Virus record (IMG/VR): IMGVR_UViG_3300031578_000004 | Location: 66,359 to 130,358 of that record | Length of the DNA: 64,000 nucleotides | Source: a virus | Direction: 5' to 3' (one strand) | Part shown: in pieces, positions 50,301-60,215 of the stretch | Position numbering within the stretch: the first letter of the stretch is position 1 | Layout of the letters: each line of letters opens with the position of its first letter | Program-made: the position numbers and the translations under genes | The notes under the pieces: generated by a model | Seen by the model: only the letters and a program-made list of their open reading frames with translations | Database searches by the model: none | What the model was told of the DNA's origin: nothing

Positions 50301-52905
50301 TCAGAAAGCTAAAGGTTATGTCACAGACCTTAAAAATTGGCATAGCATAGAAGAAGCTAAATTAGCAATCAGTAAAGATATGCTTAACCAAGTAAATGAT
50401 TTGTATAATAAAACATTAACAGCCACTGGTGACACAGGTACGGCAGAAATAAGTGCTATGAAATTTGCGAGGAGATTAAAGGAAAACTTAAATGCTGTAT
50501 TGCCTGACATTGGTAAATATATAGATTTAAGTAATTTTAATATTGGTAAATTACTAAAACCTGATAGTAAATCTTCTAAATCATCTTCAACTTCAGCAGA
50601 AAAAGAAATATCAGATACTATATTAAAAGCAGAAAGATATTCAGAACTTAATACTCAAATTGAGATTACCAATAGTCTTTTAGAGAAAAACAAAGCAATT
50701 CAGGAAAATCTATCTGGTGATGCATTAATTTCATCTTTAAGAGAAGAGCAAGAATTATACGAGCAAAAACAAAAGAATCTATCAGCTATAAATGACGAAA
50801 GAAGAAAAGAACGTGCTGAATTAACTTCTTATTTAAAAACTCAAGGAGCAGTATTTAAAGGAGAAGGAGATTTATTACAAGTTAAAAATGCCCAAGTTAT
50901 TCTTCAAAATAAATTAGACGAAGTTAATGCACATAGGTCAGATAAAGATAAAACTTTATATAATCAATTAAAATCTCAATATGATAATTTAAATGACTCA
51001 TTAAAAAGATTTATTGATTTACAGACTAAAGATATTCCAAATGCTTCTGCTGAATGGTGGAAATTAGAAGGTGCAATAAAAGATAATACATCTACAATTG
51101 AAGATAATATTAAGGCTCAACTAAAAACACAAATAGAAACTCAACAAAAAATAGATGAATTAGTTCTTAAAGATAAACATGACCGTGAACAAACCGCATT
51201 TGACACACAAAAGAAAATTGATGACGAGGCTTTTTCGGTTAAACAACAAGGCGAAAAAGATAATTTTGAAGCTATTAAGAAAATTAGAGACGATGCTTTT
51301 TCAGATCAATTGCAACAACAACAAGATGCATTTGATACACAAAAAGCAATTGAAGATAAAGCATTTGAAGATAGTCAACAAAGCCAAAAGACTAATCTTT
51401 CTGCACAAACTTATGGAGTTACAGAATCAGATTATAATATTTATAAAGCAAATAAAATAACTCAATTAAATCAGGGTATAGCAGGTTTGCAAGGTGTAAC
51501 AGGGGCAGATTCTGAAATTCAAGCAAAACAAACAGAAATAGATAATTTAAATGCACAAAGTTTTTCTGATTTAACAGATTATCAACAACTTTATACTGAC
51601 ATTCATCAGGTTAGAATTGACGCTTTAGATGCGGAACTTACAGCCTTACAAGCTACAAATGAAGCACAAGCAGAAACAGAAACACGTTTAAAGAATCAAA
51701 ATGATTTGATTGAAAAACAAACTGCTTTAAAAAATGCTTTAGATAATAAAAATGTTCAACAATTAAAAAAGCAAAGTGATGGAAGTTGGCAATATGAATA
51801 TGTTGCTGATGACGATGCAGTAAAATCTGCACAAAAAGCATTTGATGACCAAATTACATCTAATCAAGACTGGGAATCTCAAACCACATTAAAGCATAAA
51901 GAAGATTTATTAAATCAAAAAAAACAATATGAGCAAGATTTAATAAATGCTAAAAATAATTTATCAGATACCTTGCAATTAAATTTAGATAAGTCTTTAG
52001 CAGCGGAAAAAATTATTTATGATAATGCTTATGCTTTAAGACAAAAAGCATTAGACATTTCATTAAAAGTTCAACAAGATGCTTACGATTTAGCAGAAAG
52101 AAATATACAAAGAGGAATTGATAATGCATTAAAAGCAGAACAACTTGCTTACGATACAGCGGAAGCTATTAAACAAACTACTTTAACTAACGCACAAAAT
52201 GTAGAGAATCTTAATTTAACTACTCATTATGCAGATATGAATACTTTAGTTGACATAGGTTTAAAAGAATTAGAAAAGACATATGGTAATGATTGGGATA
52301 AAATAAATGAAACTATAAAATCTAAACTAGATATTGCAAAAGAATTGTATGCGGAATTAGCACTAATACAAGCTGAAACAGGAAGTTTAGAAAGTGCAGA
52401 TATTAATAATGGTGGAAACTCCCCTACTAATGTAAAAACCCCTCAACAATTGTATGCAGAAGCTAGAGCGAATGGCGATTGGCAAGGCATGGAAGATGCT
52501 AATAAATCTGCAAACAATGGTAAAATAACAGCTTCAGTAGATATAGAATATATAAAGAAAAAATATGGTCATGTAACTGGTGGAGAGGTTAGTGGAACAG
52601 GTTTTCAATGGCTTGATGGTAGTTTGCAAAAACCAGAAAGAGTTTTATCAGCAGAACAAACATTATCATTTAATAAACTAGTTGCAAATTTACCTAATCT
52701 TATGAATCTTATAAAATTACCTAGTTTACTTGATTTTAGTAGTTTTAAATTAGGTAATAATTCTAAAACAGAACAGATATTTAATATTGATAAATTAGAA
52801 TTTCCAAATGTAACAAATCACACAGAAATTGTACAGGCATTGGATACTATTAGTTTAAGAGCTAAACAATATTCAACAACTAAAACATATGGACTAAATC
52901 AGTAA
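47368..52905 (+). CDS. Tail tape measure protein
   Basis: 1845 aa, mostly helical; TP901-type core (IGNSLKTVSMRLRG), TM segment, C-terminal GH..GG.V...ERVL. Confidence 0.92.
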   Translation: MALGIKMQLINKQELEKEYSSYLDSLSKKYNLNVKINSTINEQMKQTEQITKNTTQAQNTQNKSLQELIQLRKTLQIDAQQFTQLASKYRQEEEFVNLTKKEQVQLVSMLTKAEKEHSAVLNSRTNTLKTMNNQEEQLAKLMAKGREASQLKSKTNDRSAELLQTKAINQSLEKTKQLEIDIALYKQKMLGGNGFSGELDIFAGKQKGRYDTDALAKIKTDIQGLNTATPELNSKIKQTGIEFSSLKQQAGQSGSVMANALENAGKFLRFYLVGGLLVGAVNVLKGSLTTIREMDTALTNLKKVSDELGKSVGITQFLTDVNNLAIEVGHSTKAAIEAITDFKKLGYSLLDSQELAKNALIYSNVGDLPIEDSTKSLISTMQGFKIEAKDTMEIIDKFNNIGNKFAVTSEGIGNALQKSAASLQISGNTLDESIALIASANRSVQDPEKIGNSLKTVSMRLRGISEETGEAIPKLDRFVKSLTGVDIMKDKNTFKSTYEILLQIGQEFDNLTDKSKANLVEKLFGLRQGNVGTAILTNTKDLINVLEESSNSAGSALQEQEAFMTSLDAKTNRFSETVVKFWNNLISTDLVKWFVDLGTGIINVADNGFVRFIASIILTTVAIAGLTVGLGVMKAGFLKTAMGIAVLKMAEDGLIVTTQKLTATLLASPLFWLAAGVTTIYAVVKAVDFFTVSIEEQQTKVADLTSKYNALLDKIKELKQVKSLTEDQKQYIDILDRELLIQEKILAIEKERLILKEIFGKGVLGKGIAGDIAKEAIQATDLAETIKEIQDRISETPKGTDTSAWTKVLQGLREDALALEDTLTQQKKIIKDDIDSYKIIGEVAPQALKDQLVAIDDTLVGLQQLNNSLNDIPTNATEAGDALESAFDFTSAEESIKTLQKVKEETKDLTDAMAEYNDAGKFNNKTLLELVAKYPDLIKYLGNEKELYEQISKKVNQKTTDVQTAYNTELTALETSINQKAKGYVTDLKNWHSIEEAKLAISKDMLNQVNDLYNKTLTATGDTGTAEISAMKFARRLKENLNAVLPDIGKYIDLSNFNIGKLLKPDSKSSKSSSTSAEKEISDTILKAERYSELNTQIEITNSLLEKNKAIQENLSGDALISSLREEQELYEQKQKNLSAINDERRKERAELTSYLKTQGAVFKGEGDLLQVKNAQVILQNKLDEVNAHRSDKDKTLYNQLKSQYDNLNDSLKRFIDLQTKDIPNASAEWWKLEGAIKDNTSTIEDNIKAQLKTQIETQQKIDELVLKDKHDREQTAFDTQKKIDDEAFSVKQQGEKDNFEAIKKIRDDAFSDQLQQQQDAFDTQKAIEDKAFEDSQQSQKTNLSAQTYGVTESDYNIYKANKITQLNQGIAGLQGVTGADSEIQAKQTEIDNLNAQSFSDLTDYQQLYTDIHQVRIDALDAELTALQATNEAQAETETRLKNQNDLIEKQTALKNALDNKNVQQLKKQSDGSWQYEYVADDDAVKSAQKAFDDQITSNQDWESQTTLKHKEDLLNQKKQYEQDLINAKNNLSDTLQLNLDKSLAAEKIIYDNAYALRQKALDISLKVQQDAYDLAERNIQRGIDNALKAEQLAYDTAEAIKQTTLTNAQNVENLNLTTHYADMNTLVDIGLKELEKTYGNDWDKINETIKSKLDIAKELYAELALIQAETGSLESADINNGGNSPTNVKTPQQLYAEARANGDWQGMEDANKSANNGKITASVDIEYIKKKYGHVTGGEVSGTGFQWLDGSLQKPERVLSAEQTLSFNKLVANLPNLMNLIKLPSLLDFSSFKLGNNSKTEQIFNIDKLEFPNVTNHTEIVQALDTISLRAKQYSTTKTYGLNQ

Positions 52906-52937
52906 AATGGTTTAGTCCTTTAAAATGAGGTAATTAT

Positions 52938-53225
52938 ATGAACGAAAATATTAATAAAAATAAGATTCAGCAGCAAGATGAGATATTGAAAGCAATAGAA
53001 ATAATGATAACAGCATATAATAAAGATTCAAAATATGATAAAACTCAATGGGGAACAATCACAACCATTAATGTTAATGGGACATATGCGGTGACTCATA
53101 ACGGTGAAGTGTTTGATTTAACAGCAGTAAGCGGATTAACTCTTGCTATAAATGACGTTGTGCTAGTATTTATTCCTAATGGAAATTTTTCTCAAAGGTT
53201 TATTTTGTGTAAACGTCCATTTTAA
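52938..53225 (+). CDS. Putative baseplate/tail-tip small protein
   Basis: YDKTQWGTI...VLVFIPNGNFS; synteny. Confidence 0.5.
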   Translation: MNENINKNKIQQQDEILKAIEIMITAYNKDSKYDKTQWGTITTINVNGTYAVTHNGEVFDLTAVSGLTLAINDVVLVFIPNGNFSQRFILCKRPF

Positions 53226-53260
53226 TACAATTAAACGGTAAATAAAGGCGGTGATTAATT

Positions 53261-54304
53261 TTGCTAATAACACCACAGATTCCATCATTCCTACCCTTTG
53301 ATGCAACAAAAGATTATGAATTAAACTTTAACATACCTTCATATTCAGACCAATGTGTCAAAAATCAAATTCAAATATTTAAACAATCAGATAGTACTTT
53401 AGTATATAACAGCATAACTACAAGTTTTCAACTTTTTTGCCCTATTCCTATGAATACTCTTATGAATGGTATAAATTATCAATGCCAAATTAGAACTTAT
53501 AATATAAATAATGATATTTCTGATTGGTCTGTTATGACTTTCTTTTTGGTATTGTCTCCTGTGACATTGACATTATTTATTCCAAATATTATTTTAAGCC
53601 AAAGTTTAATTTTAAATGCCACTTATTCACAATTGGAATTTGAATCAATTTTAAGTTCTAAATTTATATTATATGATAGTCAAAAAAATCAAATATCAAT
53701 TTCTGAAGAAATATTTGGACTTCCAATACAATATCAATTTGATTTATTAGAAAATAATACTAACTATTTTGTAACTTGTGAATCAATCTCTCAAAATGGA
53801 TTATTAGGAGATACGGGATATATTGGGTTTATGACACAGTTCCAAACTCCTAGAATAAATAATGTACTACAGTTAACTAATCAACACCAAGATGCTGCCG
53901 TGCTTGCCTCTTGTGAAATAGTTAGAGTATTGGGGCATGGAGTAGGCAGTTACTTTTATGAAGATAGTGAATGGATAAATTTAACTGTAGCTGATTCAAT
54001 GGTGTATTTTGATGATGCTAATGGTTTTAAAATGGATAGTGATTTTATCTTAAAAGTGTGGTGCAAAGGTGTCGTAGAAGACAAAGTAATTATATCTATA
54101 TATGGATATAATTCTTTAGATAAAATAGAAGTACAATATTACAATAATAGGTTTCATGCATTTAAAAAATCATGTGGCTTAGTTAATCATTATGCTAGTA
54201 ATGAGTTGATAGTATTGCCAACAGACAATGTATTTATGTTTTTAAAACAAACCAATATAGGGATAGATGTTAAAACTGAGATAATAAGTGGTTTAGTATT
54301 ATAA
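53261..54304 (+). CDS. Tail/baseplate protein with FN3-like domains
   Basis: PFDAT start; LMNGINYQCQIRTY...SDWS. Confidence 0.55.
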   Translation: MLITPQIPSFLPFDATKDYELNFNIPSYSDQCVKNQIQIFKQSDSTLVYNSITTSFQLFCPIPMNTLMNGINYQCQIRTYNINNDISDWSVMTFFLVLSPVTLTLFIPNIILSQSLILNATYSQLEFESILSSKFILYDSQKNQISISEEIFGLPIQYQFDLLENNTNYFVTCESISQNGLLGDTGYIGFMTQFQTPRINNVLQLTNQHQDAAVLASCEIVRVLGHGVGSYFYEDSEWINLTVADSMVYFDDANGFKMDSDFILKVWCKGVVEDKVIISIYGYNSLDKIEVQYYNNRFHAFKKSCGLVNHYASNELIVLPTDNVFMFLKQTNIGIDVKTEIISGLVL

Positions 54305-54333
54305 CGTGAAATTAAGAAGGGAGATGATAGCAT

Positions 54334-56049
54334 ATGGGTTATAATAGGTCAAATTTTCCAAACCAATACGACCTCTTTCCAGAACTTTATGATGTTTCGC
54401 CATCAGATAGTCAAGATTTAGATATTTTATTTACTTTGCAAAAAATTATAAATAGAACCCCAACTGAAGAGATACAATACCAAAGTTTATTAACAACATA
54501 TAATAATAAAATAATAAATGCTGAGAAATTAAATTATTTTCAAGATAGTGTAACAGCTACCCAGAAATTTTTTAAAGATTCTGTAGATAGTTATATTAAT
54601 TATTCAGGAGTCTATAATATTAATGCTCAGTATGTAATTTACAATACAGTAAAGTCAGCAACAGGAGATATATATTTAGCATTAAAAAATAATATTGGAA
54701 TGCCATTGACTGATAGTATAGCATGGACAAGGATTTCATCAAAGGGAGATAAAGGAGATAAGGGAGATTCAATAAAAGGAGATGCGGGAATTGGATTAGC
54801 ATTCGTTGGAGCATACGACCCATCAGCAACATATATGCTAAACCAAGCTGTCGAATACAACGGTAGTTTATATGGTTGTATATCCGCAATACCTGTAACT
54901 GGAATATCTCCAAGTAATATAATTAATTGGAGTATGGTAGTTTCTAAAGGTAGCTCAACTTTCTTAGCCGTTTTGCGAAATTCAGTTACAGTAAATACGA
55001 ATATATCTAGTTTACCTATAGGTATTGTAGGTTTCAATATGAATACTGACCAAATTTTTGTATATAAAAACAAAGAGTATATTGAACAAAATCAAGAATA
55101 TGTATTGAGTAGTAATGGAACGAACATTGAAAAAACAAGTGACACTTGGAATGGATTAACTGTGCCAATTTATTTTAACTTTGTAGTATTTAAAAATATA
55201 GTGCAAGGAGTAACTTTAAGTGATGGAAGCTTAATTCAGATTAATAGTATTACATTAGATAAATTAAATGTGGGTATACAAAGTCAGATTAATAAAGTCG
55301 GCGATTCCTTTTTACAAACTACTGCTCAAAATTTGAGTGGAGGTCTAAACGAATTAAAAATAGTAGTTGATAGTAGTGCAATAGCCGTTGCTAAGAAAAT
55401 TGAAAATAAAGGCAATACCCCTGCTATTCAATCTGGACTAGATGCGTCAAAACCCAACCCTATTACAAATATCAATGAAATATATGTAGCTACAGATTCT
55501 AAGAAAATTTATAGAAGCAATGGTGTTGCTTATGATATGATAGGCGGTTCATCTACAGTTACAGATAATTTTGTGAGCAAAACTCAATTAGAAATTGATG
55601 CAAGCGATTTAAAATTTACAGGTACTAAAAAAGTAGATTTATTATGTTGGGATGGACAATCCGTTTATAAAAGTACATTGACAACAGGGAGTATTGGTCT
55701 AACAAGTCTGACAATCAACAATTTAAGATTTGGTAATTATGTTCTAATGATTAGGTTTAAATCTGCTAATAATGCTTTAGCTACAAACGCAATTAACGCA
55801 AGTGTGTTGAAGAATATTAGTGGTGTATTTACAAGTATTTTAAATGCAAGTAGAAATATAAAAGCAAATGAATTTACTAATATAACAGACTACCAATGTT
55901 TTTATATTAATTTTAAATATTCAGGTATAAAAGCAACTAACAACGAATTAAAAATTAATATAGATTTATTAATACAAACTGTAGCTTATGAAGTAAGTTT
56001 AGATTGTATTCAAATTATGCCTGTTGGAATGGGTGTATTTACTTTTTAA
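54334..56049 (+). CDS. Tail fibre / receptor-binding protein
   Basis: SNFPNQYD start, short collagen (KGDKGDKGD), CBM5/12-like YDPSATY...VEYNGSLY repeats, LQTTAQNLSGGLNEL fibre motif. Confidence 0.7.
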   Translation: MGYNRSNFPNQYDLFPELYDVSPSDSQDLDILFTLQKIINRTPTEEIQYQSLLTTYNNKIINAEKLNYFQDSVTATQKFFKDSVDSYINYSGVYNINAQYVIYNTVKSATGDIYLALKNNIGMPLTDSIAWTRISSKGDKGDKGDSIKGDAGIGLAFVGAYDPSATYMLNQAVEYNGSLYGCISAIPVTGISPSNIINWSMVVSKGSSTFLAVLRNSVTVNTNISSLPIGIVGFNMNTDQIFVYKNKEYIEQNQEYVLSSNGTNIEKTSDTWNGLTVPIYFNFVVFKNIVQGVTLSDGSLIQINSITLDKLNVGIQSQINKVGDSFLQTTAQNLSGGLNELKIVVDSSAIAVAKKIENKGNTPAIQSGLDASKPNPITNINEIYVATDSKKIYRSNGVAYDMIGGSSTVTDNFVSKTQLEIDASDLKFTGTKKVDLLCWDGQSVYKSTLTTGSIGLTSLTINNLRFGNYVLMIRFKSANNALATNAINASVLKNISGVFTSILNASRNIKANEFTNITDYQCFYINFKYSGIKATNNELKINIDLLIQTVAYEVSLDCIQIMPVGMGVFTF

Positions 56050-56082
56050 TTTATAAATATTATAACAAAAGGGTGTGATTTA

Positions 56083-56982
56083 ATGTCATTAAAAAGAGAT
56101 AATTTCCCTTCTTCTACAGATTTTAGAAATTTAAAATCAAGAGTAAAAGCAGAAATGCTAAGAAGAAGTGGATATGGAACTTTAGTTGCATTCGGCGGAG
56201 CAACTTATGATTATACAGTAGTGCCTAAAGTTGATGACCTACCTAAGATTGAACATTATTCTAAAATTAGAGATGTAATGACAAATATAAATATAGCTTC
56301 TGTCGGTATGACTGTTAAAAAAGCTGATGATTTAGTAGCTGAAATGGTAGTATTAGAGGCTAATATGACAGTATTTGAAGCAAAGCCAAGAGGTGAGAGA
56401 AGTACTAGTGATTGTAGTTCTTTATGTACGGGTACTTGTATATCAGCTTGTACTACTACATGTACGGGAACTTGTTCAGGATATTGTACTGGTTGCACGG
56501 GAACTTGTTCAGGAGGTTGTACTAGTTGTACGGGAACTTGTTCAGGAGGTTGTACTAGTTGCACAAGCTGTACTGGTTGCACGGGAACTTGTTCAGGAAG
56601 CTGTAGTGGTTGCACGGGCTGTACTAGTTGCACGGGAACTTGTTTAGGATATTGTACTAGTTGCACAAACTGTACTGGTTGTACGGGAACTTGTTCAGGA
56701 GGTTGTAGTGGTTGCACGGGCTGTACTAGTTGCACAAACTGTACTGGTTGCACGGGAACTTGTTCAGGAGGTTGTAATGCCTGTCCTAGTGGTTGTGGAA
56801 GCTCTTGTTTTGGGGGTTGTTCCACTGGTTGTGGGGACTGTACTGGTACTTGTGTTGGTTGTACTGGTGGTTGTACTGGTGGTTGTTGGAATGGGTGTGA
56901 CGGGAGTTGTGGTACAGGATGTTCTATATGTACTAGTTGCACAGGTTGTTCTGGTGCTTGTGGTTTAAGTTGTACTTGTTAA
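56083..56982 (+). CDS. Cys-rich CxxC/CxxxC repeat protein, putative radical-SAM modification target
   Basis: 110-aa Cys-free N-domain followed by about 54 Cys in 189 Cys/Thr/Gly/Ser-rich residues. Confidence 0.85.
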   Translation: MSLKRDNFPSSTDFRNLKSRVKAEMLRRSGYGTLVAFGGATYDYTVVPKVDDLPKIEHYSKIRDVMTNINIASVGMTVKKADDLVAEMVVLEANMTVFEAKPRGERSTSDCSSLCTGTCISACTTTCTGTCSGYCTGCTGTCSGGCTSCTGTCSGGCTSCTSCTGCTGTCSGSCSGCTGCTSCTGTCLGYCTSCTNCTGCTGTCSGGCSGCTGCTSCTNCTGCTGTCSGGCNACPSGCGSSCFGGCSTGCGDCTGTCVGCTGGCTGGCWNGCDGSCGTGCSICTSCTGCSGACGLSCTC

Positions 56983-57000
56983 AAAAAAGGGAGGGTTATT

Positions 57001-57573
57001 ATGAGAATATTAAATGATGTGGAGTTAACATTACTTAGAGGTGAGATGTACGCTTCGATAGCTAAAAATGGTATTGTAACTGTAGAGTTGGTTAAGGATT
57101 ATAGAGATTCTATTCTAGATATTTCAGAATATAATAAAAAACCAAGTATGATAGTAAGAAATATTTTAAATGCTTTAAGTTGGAATATATCAAATTATTC
57201 TAATGACTTAGAAGTGGTTTCCGATAATTATAGAGCATTATTACAAATGGTAAATGATAATATAGAAGAGATAAATATAGATTTCTTTTATAATACGTAT
57301 AAAATCTCCTGTGCTAAATATAATATAAATCTTATGAATAAAATAAATCTTGTTACTAGAATAGAGATACTTGAATTATGTGATAGTATGATAATACCTA
57401 TGGATTATATTAATGAGAGTGTAGATATGAAGAATTTACTATTACGTTCTTACTTAGAAAAGTATGAAGTTTATAGTAGTAAAATACCAGCATTCTCAGA
57501 TAAATTAAAAGAGTTGATAGTTATAAGAAATGATGTTGTTAATGCTCAATATCAGTATGAATTATTTAATTAA
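57001..57573 (+). CDS. Hypothetical helical protein inside the rSAM cassette
   Basis: GGAGG RBS, 190 aa. Confidence 0.7.
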   Translation: MRILNDVELTLLRGEMYASIAKNGIVTVELVKDYRDSILDISEYNKKPSMIVRNILNALSWNISNYSNDLEVVSDNYRALLQMVNDNIEEINIDFFYNTYKISCAKYNINLMNKINLVTRIEILELCDSMIIPMDYINESVDMKNLLLRSYLEKYEVYSSKIPAFSDKLKELIVIRNDVVNAQYQYELFN

Positions 57574-57590
57574 AAGATAGGAGAAGGATT

Positions 57591-57914
57591 ATGGAAATTA
57601 AGAGAGTAATAATAGGCGAGGATATTTCTGATTATCTTCAACGATTGAATTATGAATTGTTAGGCTACAGAAATCTTATAAGTAGCTTAGTGACTAATAC
57701 AAATTCAGAATTAAAATATACAGATAATCATTATAGACAGCTAATGCAAGAATATAGGAAATTAAATATAGAGTATATGTTGTCTATGGATGAATTGAAA
57801 CAAGAATATATTCCAGATGTTGAGATGAAAGAGAGCGTAGTATCAATAAGCATAAACTTTGATAAATGTGAAGTTCTATTTTATACAGGTGGGGGTTGTT
57901 CTATACATGAATAA
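57591..57914 (+). CDS. CXXX-repeat modification system accessory protein (putative)
   Basis: 107 aa, helical, ending INFDKCEVLF; overlaps the rSAM start; resembles the small partner of CXXX-repeat maturases. Confidence 0.6.
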   Translation: MEIKRVIIGEDISDYLQRLNYELLGYRNLISSLVTNTNSELKYTDNHYRQLMQEYRKLNIEYMLSMDELKQEYIPDVEMKESVVSISINFDKCEVLFYTGGGCSIHE

Positions 57915-59217
57915 ATCAAGTATGTTTCAAGATATCTTCCCTAACTTGTACCCTGAATTAAGAAGTGGAGAGTTAATGGTAAAGACAATAACTCTGGTAA
58001 ATACACAAGATTGTAATTTAAGATGTACTTATTGTTATGAGCATGGAAAAGGAGAGGGGAAAGTAATGCCAATATCAATAGCTAAAAAGACTATTGATAT
58101 GTTATTTAAGAGTGATATTGAGAATTCTAAATACTTAAATAATAAAAATGCAACTGCACTTATTCTTGAGTTTATAGGTGGTGAGCCTTTCCTAGAGATA
58201 GATCTCTTAGATGAAATAGTAGAATATTTTAAATATAAAGCAATTACTTTAAATCATAGATGGAAGACATATTATATGATAAGTATAAGCACTAATGGAA
58301 TTTTATATCTGGATTCAAAAGTACAGAGGTTTCTTAAAAAGAATGATGGAAGAATTAGTGTTACAATAACTATAGACGGAAATAAAGAGTTACACGATTC
58401 TTGTAGAGTATTCCCAAATGGAGAAGGAAGTTATGATATTGTTGAGAAGGCTTATAAGAAATATTTATCTCAAGATTTGAATGATAGAAAAGCGACTAAA
58501 TTAACATTGGCTCCTGCTAATGTTAGTTATCTTTTTGAAGCAACAAAACATTTATATAATATGGGTTTAACTCATGTTTTTGCTAATTGTGTGTTTGAAG
58601 AAGGGTGGACTAAAGAACATGCATTAATATTATATAATGAGATGAAAAAACTTGCAGATTATCTTATTGAGGATGAAAAAATAAATAAGTATACATGTAC
58701 TTTATTTGAACCCACTTTGGGTAAATCTATGTTAGAGACTGATAATGAAAATTGGTGTGGAGGAACTGGTAAGATGTTAGCTATTGATTGTGATGGTATA
58801 GTATATCCATGTTTAAGATATCTTCCCTTTTCCCTTAAAGAGGGTTTAGAACCTATTGTAGTAGGAGATGTTAATAATGGAGTAGCCATTCTTCCTGAAC
58901 ATAAAGAAAAAATGGAAGAACTTAATTTAATAACAAGACGTAGTCAATCTACAGATGAGTGTTTTAATTGTCCCATAGCTTCTGGATGTGCTTGGTGTTC
59001 AGCTTATAATTATGAAGTGTTTGGAACTCCTAATAAGAGAGCGACTTTCATATGTGTGATGCATAAAGCAAGGGTTTTAGCTAATAATTATTTATGGAAT
59101 AAATTGTTTATAGCTAGAGGGATGAAAACTAGAGAACCTTTGAATATTCCTAAGGAGTGGGCGTTGGAAATTATATCTGAAGAGGAATATAATATGTTAG
59201 AAGATTTATCTAAATAA
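57907..59217 (+). CDS. Radical SAM/SPASM peptide maturase (CXXX-repeat target family-like)
   Basis: CNLRCTYC, FIGGEP, STNG, and SPASM cysteines CGG...YPC...CFNCPIASGCAWC...C. Confidence 0.93.
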   Translation: MNKSSMFQDIFPNLYPELRSGELMVKTITLVNTQDCNLRCTYCYEHGKGEGKVMPISIAKKTIDMLFKSDIENSKYLNNKNATALILEFIGGEPFLEIDLLDEIVEYFKYKAITLNHRWKTYYMISISTNGILYLDSKVQRFLKKNDGRISVTITIDGNKELHDSCRVFPNGEGSYDIVEKAYKKYLSQDLNDRKATKLTLAPANVSYLFEATKHLYNMGLTHVFANCVFEEGWTKEHALILYNEMKKLADYLIEDEKINKYTCTLFEPTLGKSMLETDNENWCGGTGKMLAIDCDGIVYPCLRYLPFSLKEGLEPIVVGDVNNGVAILPEHKEKMEELNLITRRSQSTDECFNCPIASGCAWCSAYNYEVFGTPNKRATFICVMHKARVLANNYLWNKLFIARGMKTREPLNIPKEWALEIISEEEYNMLEDLSK

Positions 59218-59234
59218 GTAGTGAATTAAAATAA

Positions 59235-59270
59235 AAAGAGGTGGATATCAATGTACTTATCCACCTCTTA
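59235..59270 (+). terminator. Hairpin closing the rSAM cassette
   Basis: AAGAGGTGGATA...TATCCACCTCTT inverted repeat. Confidence 0.65.
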
Positions 59271-59293
59271 TATAGTAAAGGAGGTTAAAATAT

Positions 59294-60184
59294 ATGGGAT
59301 TAATTTTAGGGTATAATGCATGTCTATTTACATGTTCTGATATTTCCTTACCTTCTAATAATTATTATAGATTAGAATTGCAGAATGCAATATTTGATAC
59401 TATTAATGGGTTTGAAGATTTATCTAAAGTTTATTCATCAGATAAAGATGAATGGAGTTACGATTGCATAATAAATGGAGAATTTAGAGATGATTTAGAA
59501 GCGGGGAATATTGATGTCAATGGTCAAGATGTAAAGTATATTTTATTTCAAAAACGTAAAATAGATGAATTACAATGGAATACTATAGCAAAACTTGATT
59601 ATGACAAAGCTATTAAATTATATCGGATAATGGATTATTATATTGAAAATGCTCAACCATATGAGTATTGTATAATTCCATTAGCAGCAACAGTTCAAGG
59701 TGATAGAAATAATGTAGCAGTAATAATTCCAGATTATGATGGAATATGGCTTACAGACAGTCAAAATAATGTTCAGTTATTATACAACCTTGAACAAGGA
59801 GATATTGAATTTACAAAATCTTGTAGTTCCACTGAAACTTTGGGTGGAAGATATCCTATAACAAATTACTCTGGTAATTTGGATTATAAAAAAGGAACAA
59901 TGAAGGCTATGGTTGTGTCAGATGCATCAGCGAGTGGAAAAATAGATATATATAATGAAAAAATCAATAGGAATAATATTATTAATTTCCTTAAAAGTTG
60001 GAAGCCAAAGCTATATAGAAATTCATCAACAGGAGAAATGATGATGATTGCTACAACAAGCAATCCTAAGTTTTCACCTAATAATGATTTATCAGGACAA
60101 ATAGGAACTATTTCTTTCGATTTTCAAGAAGCTGGAGATACTACAAATGATACAGATATGAGGAATAATGGATTTATTGAGTAA
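59294..60184 (+). CDS. Putative distal tail/baseplate protein
   Basis: ETLGGRYP...NLDYKKG...KPKLYR...ISFDFQEAG; synteny. Confidence 0.55.
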   Translation: MGLILGYNACLFTCSDISLPSNNYYRLELQNAIFDTINGFEDLSKVYSSDKDEWSYDCIINGEFRDDLEAGNIDVNGQDVKYILFQKRKIDELQWNTIAKLDYDKAIKLYRIMDYYIENAQPYEYCIIPLAATVQGDRNNVAVIIPDYDGIWLTDSQNNVQLLYNLEQGDIEFTKSCSSTETLGGRYPITNYSGNLDYKKGTMKAMVVSDASASGKIDIYNEKINRNNIINFLKSWKPKLYRNSSTGEMMMIATTSNPKFSPNNDLSGQIGTISFDFQEAGDTTNDTDMRNNGFIE

Positions 60185-60215
60185 TGATATTTCAGTATAG
60201 GAGGAGGAATATAAA

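Noticed and set aside
48699-51841. Short antisense or alternative-frame ORFs within the tape measure gene (and similar ones in other long genes)
   Set aside because: Fully nested, no RBS, no recognisable motifs
56256-56942. 228-aa minus-strand Gln/Pro/Val-rich ORF and the alternative plus-frame ORFs 56375-56647 and 56708-56968
   Set aside because: Shadows of the repetitive Cys codons; no RBS; the Cys-rich frame fits the adjacent rSAM enzyme
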